DNA of 64,000 bases from an uncultured Nitrospiraceae bacterium (GCA_963811165.1 CAWEQH010000001.1:288001-352000), one strand, 5' to 3'; positions 22,162 through 33,358 are shown, counted from the stretch's first letter. Program-made: numbers and translations. Notes: generated by a model not told the origin, from the sequence alone.

Positions 22162-23997
22162 ATGAAGAGATTATTAATTATTTTTCTGGCGGCATTTCTG
22201 GCATCCTGCGGGAACGAGAAGGCCTCGGATGTAACTTCAAGTGAACCCGGGACGGCAGCTATAGAGGGCGCAGCACCGACGGTATCCGTGCAATCCGTCC
22301 TTGCCGGCGCGGAAAACGGCCGATACAGGGAAGGAGAGCTGATTGTCAAGCTCAAGCCCGGTGTCCTCACGGCATCTTCAGTTCGGGCGCATCAGGCACT
22401 GGGGGCCACGGTGCTCGGGAGACTATCTCTGCTCAATGCCGACCATGTGAAGCTGCCGCAAGGGATAACGGTCAGAGACGCGATTATTCAATATATGCAG
22501 GACCCGGACGTCGAATACGCCGAACCCAATTATATCAGGTCTGTCCGTTCCACTGTGCCAAACGATCCGCTTTTTAATTTGCAATGGGAACTCCGAAATA
22601 CCGTCAGCCCGGGGGTGGACATCAGCATGCCCTCTGCGTGGGACATTGTCCGGGGCAACAGCGGACTGGTCGTGGCGGTGCTCGACTCAGGGATAGATTA
22701 TACTCATCCCGATCTTGCCGGAAATATCTGGGCCAACCCCGGTGAGCCAAGCTGCTCCGGAACTGCCGACAACGACCATAACGGGTTTAAGGCGGACTGC
22801 AGGGGATGGAATTTTGTGGACAATAATAACAACCCGATGGACGACAACGGACACGGCACGCATGTCAGCGGCACTATAGGCGCTGTCGGCAATAACGGAC
22901 TCGGTATCGCCGGGGTGATGTGGAATGTCCAGATCATGCCCCTGAAGATCTTAGATGCCGAAGGGGAGGGAGCAGTCTCCGATGAAATCGCTGCCCTACA
23001 ATATGCGATTACGAAAGGCGCAAAGATAATAAATGCCAGTTTCGAAGGGAACTCTTCTTCGAAATCAAACGCTGAAATGGAGGCCATCTCCGCTGCAAAC
23101 GCGGCCGGTATCTTGTTTGTCGCTGCGGCCGGAAACGGAGATGATAATGGGCTGGGAAGCAACAACGATTCAGTGGCGGTTTATCCCGGCAATTATGACC
23201 TCCCAAACATTGTTTCAGTCGCGGCTACTAACCAGCATGACAGCCTCGCCTCATTCAGCAACTTTGGCCTCAGGACCGTCCACGTCGCTGCGCCCGGAGT
23301 ATCGATCCTGAGCACGGTCCCCCCAGGCCTTTTGTTTTGCGGCGTCTCCCCTGTTATAGGCTATGAATTATGCGACGGCACTTCGATGGCCGCCCCTCAT
23401 GTCGCGGGTCTCGCAGGACTAATTTCGAGTTACTATGCAGGTCTCACCCCCACTCAGTTGCGGGCGATGATCATGCGTTACGTAGATACACTTCCTGCAC
23501 TTCAAGGAGTTATCAAAAGCGGAGGAAGGATAAACGCATATAAGGCCATATCGTCTTTGCTTACTCCCTCAGGACTCTCGGCAAATGCCCTTTCCTCGAC
23601 CCAGACAGTATTGACGTGGAACGACAATGCCACAGGGGAGGACGGATATAAGATTGAAAGGAAGACCCTTGGAGGAGGCTTTGCCGAGATCGCCGAGACA
23701 GGGGCGAAAGCCACGACTGTTACCGACAGCGGACTAAATCCCTCGACTGAATATACATACCGGGTGCGGGCGTTCAACTCGATACCAGTTGCCTCACTTT
23801 ATTCTAACGAGGTGTCCGTCACGACCTTCTCTGCCCCAAGTCCAACGCCGACGCCAACCCCCGCATCAGGCGGCGGTGGCGGAGGATGTTCGGTCGCCAG
23901 AAAGAGCTCTGGTACCGGGGATGTGGACGCTCTGCTGGTTTTGCTGCAGGTAGTTGCAATTTCTGGGCTGACGCGACTCAGGCGAAGGAAAGAATAG
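22162..23997 (+). CDS. Second S8 subtilase lipoprotein with FN3 domain and Gly-rich-Cys C-terminal sorting signal
   Basis: Lipobox LASC; VLDSG, HGTHVSG, GTSMAAPHVAG; PT linker, GGGGGGCS-TM-RLRRRKE; paralog of the 19570 gene. Confidence 0.93.
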   Translation: MKRLLIIFLAAFLASCGNEKASDVTSSEPGTAAIEGAAPTVSVQSVLAGAENGRYREGELIVKLKPGVLTASSVRAHQALGATVLGRLSLLNADHVKLPQGITVRDAIIQYMQDPDVEYAEPNYIRSVRSTVPNDPLFNLQWELRNTVSPGVDISMPSAWDIVRGNSGLVVAVLDSGIDYTHPDLAGNIWANPGEPSCSGTADNDHNGFKADCRGWNFVDNNNNPMDDNGHGTHVSGTIGAVGNNGLGIAGVMWNVQIMPLKILDAEGEGAVSDEIAALQYAITKGAKIINASFEGNSSSKSNAEMEAISAANAAGILFVAAAGNGDDNGLGSNNDSVAVYPGNYDLPNIVSVAATNQHDSLASFSNFGLRTVHVAAPGVSILSTVPPGLLFCGVSPVIGYELCDGTSMAAPHVAGLAGLISSYYAGLTPTQLRAMIMRYVDTLPALQGVIKSGGRINAYKAISSLLTPSGLSANALSSTQTVLTWNDNATGEDGYKIERKTLGGGFAEIAETGAKATTVTDSGLNPSTEYTYRVRAFNSIPVASLYSNEVSVTTFSAPSPTPTPTPASGGGGGGCSVARKSSGTGDVDALLVLLQVVAISGLTRLRRRKE

Positions 23998-24071
23998 TGT
24001 TTCCGGCATCGCGCTTTTTGATATATAATCAAACGCTGGCATATATAAAAAATGTCTGGATGGAGTAGTGA

Positions 24072-25283
24072 ATGACAAATATAAGGTTTCTCACTTCAGG
24101 AGAATCTCATGGCAGTGCGCTGACCGGCGTCATTGAAGGCATACCCTCAGGCCTCTCCCTTTCATCTGAAGATATAGATCGGGAACTGAGGAGGCGGCAG
24201 GGAGGTTATGGCAGAGGCGGCAGGATGAAGATTGAGACCGACCATGCCCGGATACTCTCGGGCGTCCGTATGGGAAAGACGATCGGCTCTCCTATAAGTC
24301 TTCTGATCGAAAATAAAGACTGGGAAAACTGGCGGGAGGTGATGAATCCGGAACCCGCAAGCCCGCGTTCGGCGACAACAGACAAAAGACGGGAGCCTGT
24401 CACACGCCCTAGACCGGGTCATGCCGACCTTGCAGGGGCGCTTAAGTTTGATCATCGGGATATCCGCAATGTCCTCGAACGTTCGAGCGCCCGTGAGACC
24501 GCGATGCGGGTGGGCCTTGGTGCTATCGCGAAAAAGTTTCTGTCGGGGTTCGGGATAATGATCGGAAGCCACGTACTGCGGATCGGCAGCCATCAAACAT
24601 CCGTTTACGGTGCAGACGGATCAGATTTCGTGAAGATTATTGAGAAGGCCGAACAATCGCCTGTCAGGTGCTCGGACGAGGATGTCTCAAAGAAGATGAC
24701 GAGGCTAATCGACAGGGCGACCAAGGAAGGTGATTCCCTCGGGGGGGTGTTCGAGGTGATTGCGGTCGGGGTGCCGGTAGGGCTCGGGAGTCATATCCAG
24801 TGGGACCTGAAGCTCGACGGGATGCTTGCGCAGGCGATGATGAGCATACAGGCTATCAAAGGGGTCGAGATAGGACTTGGGTTTAAGATGGCAGGCGATT
24901 TCGGTTCTCATGTCATGGACGAGATTTTTTACCGCGGGGCTGAGACGAAATCCCGCGGCATGAAGTTTTATAGGAAGACAAACAATGCCGGAGGTATTGA
25001 GGGCGGAATGTCTAACGGCATGCCCATTATCATCAGGGCAGCGATGAAACCTATCCCCACCTTGAGAAGGCCCCTGATGTCCGTCGATATCAGGACAAAA
25101 AAGGCATTCGGTGCGGCATATGAACGTTCCGATGTCTGTGCGGTTCCGGCCGCTTCGGTTGTTGCCGAGGCGATGACCGCTCTCGTTCTGGCTGACGCCT
25201 TTCTCAGGAAATTCGGCGGCGACAGCGAAAAAGAAGTGAGAAGGAACTACAAGTCCTATATTTCTTACGTAAACGGTTTTTGA
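24072..25283 (+). CDS. aroC: Chorismate synthase
   Basis: [36 protein letters not shown]. Confidence 0.97.
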   Translation: MTNIRFLTSGESHGSALTGVIEGIPSGLSLSSEDIDRELRRRQGGYGRGGRMKIETDHARILSGVRMGKTIGSPISLLIENKDWENWREVMNPEPASPRSATTDKRREPVTRPRPGHADLAGALKFDHRDIRNVLERSSARETAMRVGLGAIAKKFLSGFGIMIGSHVLRIGSHQTSVYGADGSDFVKIIEKAEQSPVRCSDEDVSKKMTRLIDRATKEGDSLGGVFEVIAVGVPVGLGSHIQWDLKLDGMLAQAMMSIQAIKGVEIGLGFKMAGDFGSHVMDEIFYRGAETKSRGMKFYRKTNNAGGIEGGMSNGMPIIIRAAMKPIPTLRRPLMSVDIRTKKAFGAAYERSDVCAVPAASVVAEAMTALVLADAFLRKFGGDSEKEVRRNYKSYISYVNGF

Positions 25284-25392
25284 TTTTTCCATGGAACAGG
25301 AAAAAGCATTTAACCGTCTTTTCTTTGCATTCTTCTCCGTCATTAGGGTAACAAAGCAAAAAAAGTAATCGCGGGTTGCATGTGAAATTATA

Positions 25393-25905
25393 ATGAGGAA
25401 AAATATTATTTTGACCGGTTTTATGGGCACAGGAAAGACCGCAGTCGGGAAGGAGCTTTCGAGGCTCCTGAACATGCGTCTTGTTGATGTCGACTCGGAG
25501 ATTGAGGAGAACAGGAAGATGAAGATCACTGATATCTTCAAAAATTTCGGCGAGCCTTATTTCCGCGACGTAGAGACGGAAATGATAAGGAAACTGGCGC
25601 GCACGAAAAATACGGTTATCTCCACCGGCGGCGGCGCAGTCTTAAGGGAGGAGAATATGGAGGTGCTTAGGGAAACGGGTCTTATCTTCTGCCTCTATGC
25701 AGACCCTGCGACAATCATTTCCCGCACCAAAGGCAATAAGGACAGGCCCCTTCTGAATGTGGAAGATCCCCTGGCAAAGATCAACGAACTTCTCAGGGCA
25801 AGGATGCCTTTTTATGAAAAGGCAGGCATCGTTATAGACACCAACGGGAAGACGCCTCTTGAAGTCGCGGAAGAGATAACGGACATAGTAAGATGCGGGA
25901 AATAA
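25393..25905 (+). CDS. aroK: Shikimate kinase
   Basis: GFMGTGKT, GEPYFR, STGGG, RPLL. Confidence 0.96.
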   Translation: MRKNIILTGFMGTGKTAVGKELSRLLNMRLVDVDSEIEENRKMKITDIFKNFGEPYFRDVETEMIRKLARTKNTVISTGGGAVLREENMEVLRETGLIFCLYADPATIISRTKGNKDRPLLNVEDPLAKINELLRARMPFYEKAGIVIDTNGKTPLEVAEEITDIVRCGK

Positions 25906-26978
25906 GGGTCGAGCTGGGGGAAAGGAGCTACCGGATTGAGATAGAATCCGGGATACTTTCCGATATCGGAAAGAGTCTGCAGGAATTCGGGTTCACAAGC
26001 AAGGCCGCACTCGTCAGTAACCCCACAGTCTTTGGCCTTTACGGAAGGCGCGTCACCGAATCGATGAAGGCTGCGGGGTTCGAGGTCTCCGTAATAGTCG
26101 TCCCCGATGGAGAAGAATATAAGAACCTCTCTTCAGTGGAGCAGATCTATGGGGGGATGCTGACTGCCGCGCTGGACAGGAAATCGGTGCTTATGGCCCT
26201 TGGCGGAGGGGTCATTGGTGATATGGCAGGTTTTGCCGCATCGACATATATGCGCGGGATTGATTTTGTTCAGGTCCCGACGACACTCCTTGCTCAGGTC
26301 GACAGTTCGGTAGGGGGGAAGACCGGGGTCAACCACCCGATGGGGAAGAACATGATCGGCACGTTTTGGCAGCCGAGACTTGTCTGGATCGATATCGATA
26401 CCCTGAAGTCTCTGCCAAGGAGAGAATTGCTCTCGGGCCTTGCAGAGGTCATTAAATACGGGGTGATCTGGGATGAAGGGTTTTTTCGCTTGCTCGAAGA
26501 AAACAGGGACAAGGTCTTGAACCTTGATAACGATATTCTTTCCCGCGTGGTCCAGTTGTCCTGCGAGATTAAAGCGAAGGTCGTATCGGAGGACGAGAGG
26601 GAGTCGGGACTGCGGGCGATATTGAACTACGGCCACACCCTGGGACATGCGATTGAAACGGCGACCGGATACAAAAGGTATCTCCACGGCGAGGCGGTCG
26701 CTATCGGGATGTATGAAGAGGCAAGGCTTTCAAAAGAGCTCGGTCTCCTCGACGCCGGGCAGCTTGCGCGGATAAAGGCGCTGATAGAAGCCTTCGACCT
26801 CCCGGCCGCCGTCCCTGAAGATATAGACTTACGGCAGCTCCTTTTGTCGATGAAGCTCGACAAAAAGACGGTTGGAGGAGATATTACCTTTATATTACCC
26901 GAAAAGATCGGTAAGGTGAGGATACACAAAGGTCTTTCTTCAAAGGAGATAGAGAAGGTATTATGCAACAGAGATTAG
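25893..26978 (+). CDS. aroB: 3-dehydroquinate synthase
   Basis: GGGVIGD, PTTLLAQVDSSVGGKTG, LNYGHTLGHAIE, HGEAV. Confidence 0.97.
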   Translation: MREIRVELGERSYRIEIESGILSDIGKSLQEFGFTSKAALVSNPTVFGLYGRRVTESMKAAGFEVSVIVVPDGEEYKNLSSVEQIYGGMLTAALDRKSVLMALGGGVIGDMAGFAASTYMRGIDFVQVPTTLLAQVDSSVGGKTGVNHPMGKNMIGTFWQPRLVWIDIDTLKSLPRRELLSGLAEVIKYGVIWDEGFFRLLEENRDKVLNLDNDILSRVVQLSCEIKAKVVSEDERESGLRAILNYGHTLGHAIETATGYKRYLHGEAVAIGMYEEARLSKELGLLDAGQLARIKALIEAFDLPAAVPEDIDLRQLLLSMKLDKKTVGGDITFILPEKIGKVRIHKGLSSKEIEKVLCNRD

Positions 26979-26990
26979 GAGCAGACCCGG

Positions 26991-29129
26991 TTGGGATACG
27001 AACTGACTCATAATACATACAAGGGAGTGTCCGAGGGAAGATATTATCCCCTGGGCGCCACCCTGGAGGAAGAGGGTGCCAACTTTGCTCTTTATTCCGC
27101 TCATGCCTCCGAGGTCTTCCTTCTCCTTTTCGACAGCCCCTCCGGGGAACCCACCGATATCATCAGGCTTGAAAATCGGACGAAATATATATGGCACGCC
27201 TTTGTCGGCGGGATCAGGCCGGGCCAATTATACGGATACAAGGTGAGAGGCGATTTTATCCCCGGCCAGGGTATGAGGTTCAATGAAAACAAGCTCCTTT
27301 TAGATCCTTATGCCAAGGCAGTTACCGCCAAGTTAAGGAACACGGATAACCTGCTCCTCTCATATGACCCGGCCTTCCCGGTTATGGACCTTTCGCTTGA
27401 CACGCGTGACAACACGCAGATGGCGCCCAAATCGATTGTGATAGACGACGGGTTTGACTGGCAGGACGACGTCTGTCCGGACAACCCTCTTGAAAAGCTT
27501 TTCATTTATGAAGTCCACCTGAAAGGTTTTACCGCCCATAGTTCTTCAGGGGTGATGCACCCCGGGACCTATCTCGGTTTTATCGAAAAGATTCCCTATC
27601 TGAAGGAATTAGGGATCAATGCGGTAGAGTTTCTCCCGGTCCAGGAGTTCTACGTCGAGGAGAGTCTGATCGAAAAAGGGCTGACGAATTACTGGGGTTA
27701 TAATACGGTAGGCTTTTTTGCTCCCGAATCTTCCTACTGTACGCAGGGCTATTACGGGTGTCAGGTCCAGGAGTTCAAGACCCTTGTGCGCGAACTCCAT
27801 AGGGCAGGCATCGAGGTGATACTGGATGTTGTTTACAGCCATACCGGCGAGGGAAATGAACTGGGACCTACGATATGCTTCAGGGGTGTGGACAATCCTA
27901 CTTACTATCTGCTCACAGGGCCACCTTCGGAACCACGCCGTTCTTATGTGAATTATACCGGAACCGGAAACAGCATCAATATCGCAAATACCCATGTGAT
28001 ACGGTTCGTCATGGACTCCTTGAGATATTGGGTCGAACAGATGCATGTGGACGGCTTCAGGTTCGATCTCGCATCGGTGCTCGGCCGTGAAGAGGGCATA
28101 TTCCACAAGTCCTCGGGTTTTTTTGACGCAATATCCCAGGACCCGGTTTTAAGCAGGGTAAAGCTGATCGCCGAGCCATGGGACCTCAGTACATATCAAG
28201 TGGGGAACTTTCCGATAGACTGGTCCGAGTGGAACGGAAGGTTCAGGGACACCATGAGGAAGCTCGGAAAAGGCGACGGCGGTCAGATACGAGACCTCGG
28301 CTGGAGGTTGACCGGCTCTGCCGACCTATATCGCGAGGATGGGCGGTCAGCCTACAATAGCATCAATTTTATCACGTGCCATGACGGTTTTACCCTGAAC
28401 GATCTTGTCTCTTACAATTACAAGCACAACGAGGCGAACCTCGAAGGCAACCAAGACGGAGTAAACGACAACAACTCATGGAACTGCGGCGTTGAAGGCG
28501 ATACGGACGATACGGACATTATAAGACTGAGGCGGAGGCTGATCAAAAACTTTGCCTGTTATCTCCTCTTTTCCTCCGGAACGCCGATGATCTTGGGCGG
28601 CGACGAGTTCATGCGGACCCAGAGGGGCAATAACAACGCCTATTGCCAGGACAACGAAATAAGTTGGTTCAACTGGTATCTTGTGCATGAGAACGCCGAT
28701 ATCTTCGGGTTTTTCAAAAAGGCAATCGCTTTTACCAAGCGATATACGATCCTCCAGAGAAGAAAATTTTTTTCGGGGAAGGACGAAGACGGCGACACGA
28801 TTCCCGATATCATCTGGTTTGGCAACGACCGTGGCAAGCCGAAATGGGACGATCCCGATCTGCGCACGCTCTGTTTTCAGCTCGACGGTGGAGAAGAATC
28901 GTCAGACCTCGGCGATTATCAGCTGTTTATCATATTGAACGCCGATTTCCGGGAGCAATATATAAAAATTCCGCTACTGAGCGGCGAGAAGCTATGGTAT
29001 CGGGTGATTGATACCAGTCTTAGGGGAGGAGACGATTTTCTCAGTGAAGGAGACGAGGTGTTTCTTGACCCTCAGGACCATTATATTGTCAGCCCAAGGA
29101 GTACGGTCGTGTTGCTCGGGAAGCGCTGA
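26991..29129 (+). CDS. glgX: Glycogen debranching enzyme (GH13)
   Basis: YPLGAT, NYWGYNT, DGFRFDLA, IAEPWD, CHDGFTL, SWNCGVEG; start codon uncertain. Confidence 0.95.
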   Translation: MGYELTHNTYKGVSEGRYYPLGATLEEEGANFALYSAHASEVFLLLFDSPSGEPTDIIRLENRTKYIWHAFVGGIRPGQLYGYKVRGDFIPGQGMRFNENKLLLDPYAKAVTAKLRNTDNLLLSYDPAFPVMDLSLDTRDNTQMAPKSIVIDDGFDWQDDVCPDNPLEKLFIYEVHLKGFTAHSSSGVMHPGTYLGFIEKIPYLKELGINAVEFLPVQEFYVEESLIEKGLTNYWGYNTVGFFAPESSYCTQGYYGCQVQEFKTLVRELHRAGIEVILDVVYSHTGEGNELGPTICFRGVDNPTYYLLTGPPSEPRRSYVNYTGTGNSINIANTHVIRFVMDSLRYWVEQMHVDGFRFDLASVLGREEGIFHKSSGFFDAISQDPVLSRVKLIAEPWDLSTYQVGNFPIDWSEWNGRFRDTMRKLGKGDGGQIRDLGWRLTGSADLYREDGRSAYNSINFITCHDGFTLNDLVSYNYKHNEANLEGNQDGVNDNNSWNCGVEGDTDDTDIIRLRRRLIKNFACYLLFSSGTPMILGGDEFMRTQRGNNNAYCQDNEISWFNWYLVHENADIFGFFKKAIAFTKRYTILQRRKFFSGKDEDGDTIPDIIWFGNDRGKPKWDDPDLRTLCFQLDGGEESSDLGDYQLFIILNADFREQYIKIPLLSGEKLWYRVIDTSLRGGDDFLSEGDEVFLDPQDHYIVSPRSTVVLLGKR

Positions 29130-29191
29130 AACGGGTGTATTTTTGCATGCGATATAGTGCTCCGTCCGAACGGAGGATTATGGTGATTTGT

Positions 29192-29220
29192 TTGACATAG
29201 TCGCTAAAATCTTATAATCT
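29192..29220 (+). promoter_or_regulatory. Putative sigma70 promoter of DUF47-pit
   Basis: TTGACA (29192-97), 17 bp, TAATCT (overlapping TATAAT); no 11-bp repeats upstream. Confidence 0.55.
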
Positions 29221-29239
29221 ATCAGGCGGCAAGAACATC

Positions 29240-29857
29240 ATGAAATTTTTTCCGAAAGAAATAGATTTTTTCGAGATTTTCGATAAGACCTCTTTGAACA
29301 TCACAAAGGCCGCTTCACATCTCGTCGACCTCATGGAAAACTTCGACAACCTTGAAGCCAGGGCGAAAGAGATCCACGAGGTCGAGCAAGACAGCGACAT
29401 GCTCACCCACGACATCATGAAAAAACTCAATAAGACCTTCATTACCCCGATCGACAGAGAAGACCTTTACGCACTTGCGTCGAGAATGGACGATGTCATA
29501 GATCTGATATGGGCTGTTGCCGACAGGATCGTCGTATTTAAGGTGAAGGAACCGATGCCGGAGGCGATTGTCATGGCGAAGGATATTCTTACGACTGCCG
29601 AGGTAATGCACAAGGCGGTCAAGAAACTCAAGGCAAAGAACTATGCCCACGTACAGGAATACTGCATCGAGATAAACAGGCTTGAAAACAAGGTAGACAG
29701 GGGTTTCAGGGATGCACTCGGGAAGCTGTTCGATGACGTCAAGGACCCTATCCTCATCATAAAATGGAAAGAGATATACGAGCACCTCGAAGACGCCTCC
29801 GACAGATGTGAGGATGTTGCAAACGTCCTGGAAGCCATAGTCCTCAAATATGCATGA
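29240..29857 (+). CDS. DUF47 phosphate transport accessory protein (PhoU-like)
   Basis: LNKTFITPIDREDL, E.LE.A.D.CEDVANV; adjacent to pit. Confidence 0.92.
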   Translation: MKFFPKEIDFFEIFDKTSLNITKAASHLVDLMENFDNLEARAKEIHEVEQDSDMLTHDIMKKLNKTFITPIDREDLYALASRMDDVIDLIWAVADRIVVFKVKEPMPEAIVMAKDILTTAEVMHKAVKKLKAKNYAHVQEYCIEINRLENKVDRGFRDALGKLFDDVKDPILIIKWKEIYEHLEDASDRCEDVANVLEAIVLKYA

Positions 29858-30842
29858 CACCTATATACTGCTTGTCTTAGTAGTAGTCCTCGCCACTATC
29901 TTCGACTTCATTAACGGCTTTCACGATACCGCAAACGCGATCGCTACGTCCGTATCTACGAGGGTGTTGTCGCCTAAGGTTGCGGTGGCGATGGCCGCTG
30001 TTCTGAATATGGTCGGGGCACTTACAGGCACGGCAGTCGCAAAAACGGTCGGCTCCGGCCTTGTAGAAGCCGCGGCCGTGACGCAGCTGACAGTGGTTTC
30101 CGCTCTCTTGGCAGCGATTATATGGGACCTTGTTACGTGGTATTACGGACTCCCCACATCTTCGAGTCATGCGATCCTCTCTGGCATCCTCGGGGCCGGA
30201 GTTGCGACCGCCGGGACGAAGATCATCATTCAGAAGGGAGTTTATAAGGTCTTCATAGGCTTGGTCGTATCGCCGATCATCGGGTTCATTCTGGGTTTTC
30301 TTCTTATGCTGTTTCTCATGTGGCTGTTCGGGAGATCGGCCCCCTCGGTTGTGAACTCTCTTTTTAAGAGACTGCAGATAGCTTCTGCGGCGTACATGGC
30401 CTTCAGCCATGGCAACAACGACGCGCAAAAAACAATGGGTATCATAACCCTCGCCCTGGTCAGTTATTACAAACTTCCCGCCTTCAACGTGCCGCTTTGG
30501 GTGATGATGCTTTGTGCCACGGCTATGGCCTTCGGTACCGCCCTTGGCGGATGGAGGGTGATCAAGACCCTCGGGATGAAGCTTGTCCATCTGCAGCCGA
30601 TTCATGGTTTTGCCGCCGAAGCCTCAGCGGCCACCGTTATCGAGGTGGCGTCCAGGATCGGACTCCCGCTGTCTACTACTCACATCATCTCCTCTACGAT
30701 TATGGGGGTGGGCGCGACCAAAAGGCTGTCTGCGGTGAGATGGGGAGTGGCCGGAAGGATCGTCATCGCCTGGGTCTTTACGCTGCCTGCTTGTGCGGTC
30801 CTGGCCTGGGTAATCTGTAAGACCGCACAACTTCTCATATAA
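29850..30842 (+). CDS. pit: PiT family inorganic phosphate transporter
   Basis: NGFHDTANAIAT, GLPTSSSHA, HGNNDAQK, PLSTTH. Confidence 0.95.
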   Translation: MHDTYILLVLVVVLATIFDFINGFHDTANAIATSVSTRVLSPKVAVAMAAVLNMVGALTGTAVAKTVGSGLVEAAAVTQLTVVSALLAAIIWDLVTWYYGLPTSSSHAILSGILGAGVATAGTKIIIQKGVYKVFIGLVVSPIIGFILGFLLMLFLMWLFGRSAPSVVNSLFKRLQIASAAYMAFSHGNNDAQKTMGIITLALVSYYKLPAFNVPLWVMMLCATAMAFGTALGGWRVIKTLGMKLVHLQPIHGFAAEASAATVIEVASRIGLPLSTTHIISSTIMGVGATKRLSAVRWGVAGRIVIAWVFTLPACAVLAWVICKTAQLLI

Positions 30843-30893
30843 AAAGGACGATAGTATTTGTTCTCTTCCTCCGTATCGTGGTATAAATAATCA

Positions 30894-31595
30894 ATGGCCG
30901 ATAAGCGGAAGATACTGGTTGTGGACGATGAGGTGGACCTCTTAGACCTGATCTCGTACAATCTTGAGAAGGACGGGTTCGAGGTCTCGACGGCCTCTGA
31001 CGGAGAGGAAGCGCTGTCGGAAATCCGGAAGACCCGCTACGACCTTGTGGTACTCGACCTCATGCTCCCGGGTATCCAGGGGATGGAGCTTTGCCGTATT
31101 CTAAGGGGCGATCCGAAGACGGATACGATCCCAATCATCATGCTTACCGCAAAAGGGGAAGAAGTAGACAGGATCCTTGGGCTTGAGATCGGTGCCGACG
31201 ACTACATCACAAAGCCTTTCAGTCCACGAGAACTCATAGCCCGCATCAGGGCGGTCTTGAGGAGGACCAGCGAAAAATTCCGGGAGGGAAAGGTTGTCAG
31301 GATAGGCGACCTTATCATTGACGCGGGAAATTACACGGTAACAAAGAAAGATGTCTCCGTGAACCTTAGCGCCACTGAATTCAGGCTTCTTCTCTTTCTT
31401 GTTGAAAGAAGGGGGAAAGTCTTCAGCCGCGAGCAGCTCCTCGATGCGGTATGGAAGGATGAGGCCTTTGTGGAACCCAGGACGGTAGATGTCCACATAA
31501 GAAGATTGAGGGCGCAGATAGAAGATGACCCTTCGGCCCCGGCGTATATAAAGACGAAGAGGGGTATCGGATACTACGTGGAGGCCGAATCTTGA
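30894..31595 (+). CDS. phoB: Phosphate regulon response regulator PhoB (copy 1)
   Basis: Receiver LDLMLP plus winged helix with RTVDVHIRRLR; follows pit, precedes PhoR. Confidence 0.9.
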   Translation: MADKRKILVVDDEVDLLDLISYNLEKDGFEVSTASDGEEALSEIRKTRYDLVVLDLMLPGIQGMELCRILRGDPKTDTIPIIMLTAKGEEVDRILGLEIGADDYITKPFSPRELIARIRAVLRRTSEKFREGKVVRIGDLIIDAGNYTVTKKDVSVNLSATEFRLLLFLVERRGKVFSREQLLDAVWKDEAFVEPRTVDVHIRRLRAQIEDDPSAPAYIKTKRGIGYYVEAES

Positions 31596-33358
31596 GAAAA
31601 GGGGTCTTCAGACGAATCTTCCTTGTGTATGTGATCGTGCTTTTACTGGCGATGACTTTTGTCGAGATGTATATCACATCAGCCGTCAGGGGAAACTATA
31701 TCGACAATCTGAAGGAACGCCTCGCAGATACTATGAACCTTATCGCAAAGACGGTCCCCTTCGACAAGGCCGGCATCGATGATCTCTGCAGGGCGCTGAA
31801 GAAAGAGGTTGGGGCAAGGGTGACGGTTATACTGGCTGACGGGAAGGTCATCGGCGATTCCGACCATGATTCTGCCGATATGGAAAATCACTCAACCCGC
31901 ACCGAGGTGCAGCAGGCTGTCCTGCGCGGCATGGGCTCGACCATCAGGCATAGTGACACGCTGAATTATGATTTCCTGTATGTGGCAAAAAAGATCATGC
32001 AGGGAGGAAAAGAGGAGGGGTTTATCCGGCTTGCCGTGCCCCTGAGGGATATCGACAGGGCGGTGAACCTTCTCAGGATAAAGATCATTTTTGTTATGCT
32101 CGCGGTATTGTTGGCGACATGGGCTGTCCCTATGTGGCAGACGGACCACTTAAGAAGGCTCCTTAAGCAGATAACGGATTTTTCAAGGTCATTATCGAAA
32201 GGGGAGATTGACAGGAGGCTTTTTCTGGAAAGCGCAGGGGAATTCAGCGAGATCGCGGACAATCTCACCTTGATGTCCGTCAAGCTTCGGGGCATGATGG
32301 CCCAGAACGAGGAGGAACGAAACCGCCTGAATGTCGTGCTCAGGAGCGTGCCGGATGCCCTTCTGATAATCGACTCGAAGGGGATAATCACTCTTTCCAG
32401 TTCTTCTTCGAAGGATTTTTTCGGTGACATTCCCATGACGCATATGCGGTTTGCAGAGGTCGTGAGAAACCATGAATTTTCCGATCTTGTGGAGCAGGTG
32501 CGAAGAGACCTTGCACCCGGCATGACGACATTCTGGATAGACTCTCCAGAAGAAAAGTATCTCAGCGTAAAGGTGTCGCCGCTTTTTTACAAAGCGGACG
32601 AGCTTTCGGGCTTCGTGGCGGTCTTCCATGACATTACGCAGATCGAAAAACTTGAACAGGTGAGAAAGGACTTCGTGGCAAATGTATCACACGAAATAAA
32701 GACCCCTGTCACCGCGATCAAGGGGTTCGCCGATACGCTCCTTGAAGGCGCTCTTGAGGACAGGGAAAATGCCGCCAGATTCATCCGGACCATTAAGTCA
32801 AACAGCGAACGCCTCAACAGCCTCGTCGACGACCTCATGACGATTTCCAAAATAGAGCTTGGCGTGATCAAGGTCGAAAAGACAATGATTGACCTTGAGG
32901 ACGTGTTCGAAAATATTACGGAGATATTCAGGGCAAAAGCCGCCGCCAGAAAACTCTCATTGAGCGTATCTCAAAGGCCGGAGCTTAGGCATATCAGCGC
33001 AGACAAGAACAGACTCATCCAGATATTGACCAACCTCGTCGATAACGCGATCAAGTTTACCGAAACAGGCGGCGTCACCTTCGGTATCGATAGGAAAAGC
33101 GAAAAGACTTTTTTGTTTGTCGAAGATACCGGCATAGGAGTGCCTCCCAAGCATCTGGGAAGACTGGGAGAAAGGTTTTACCGGGTCGACCCGGCCCGCT
33201 CTAGGAAGATGGGGGGCACGGGACTGGGTCTTGCGATCGTCAAGCACCTCGTCAAGGCACACGGCTGGACCATGCAGATAGAGAGCGTTCCCGGCAAAGG
33301 CACAACGGTCAAAATTTTTTGTAAAGACGAGTCTTACCTGGATGCCAGGGGCTCGTAG
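31592..33358 (+). CDS. phoR: Phosphate regulon sensor histidine kinase PhoR
   Basis: MENH..R.EV sensor domain, HAMP/PAS, DFVANVSHEIKTP, ERFYRVD..RSR..GGTGLGL. Confidence 0.9.
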   Translation: MRKGVFRRIFLVYVIVLLLAMTFVEMYITSAVRGNYIDNLKERLADTMNLIAKTVPFDKAGIDDLCRALKKEVGARVTVILADGKVIGDSDHDSADMENHSTRTEVQQAVLRGMGSTIRHSDTLNYDFLYVAKKIMQGGKEEGFIRLAVPLRDIDRAVNLLRIKIIFVMLAVLLATWAVPMWQTDHLRRLLKQITDFSRSLSKGEIDRRLFLESAGEFSEIADNLTLMSVKLRGMMAQNEEERNRLNVVLRSVPDALLIIDSKGIITLSSSSSKDFFGDIPMTHMRFAEVVRNHEFSDLVEQVRRDLAPGMTTFWIDSPEEKYLSVKVSPLFYKADELSGFVAVFHDITQIEKLEQVRKDFVANVSHEIKTPVTAIKGFADTLLEGALEDRENAARFIRTIKSNSERLNSLVDDLMTISKIELGVIKVEKTMIDLEDVFENITEIFRAKAAARKLSLSVSQRPELRHISADKNRLIQILTNLVDNAIKFTETGGVTFGIDRKSEKTFLFVEDTGIGVPPKHLGRLGERFYRVDPARSRKMGGTGLGLAIVKHLVKAHGWTMQIESVPGKGTTVKIFCKDESYLDARGS

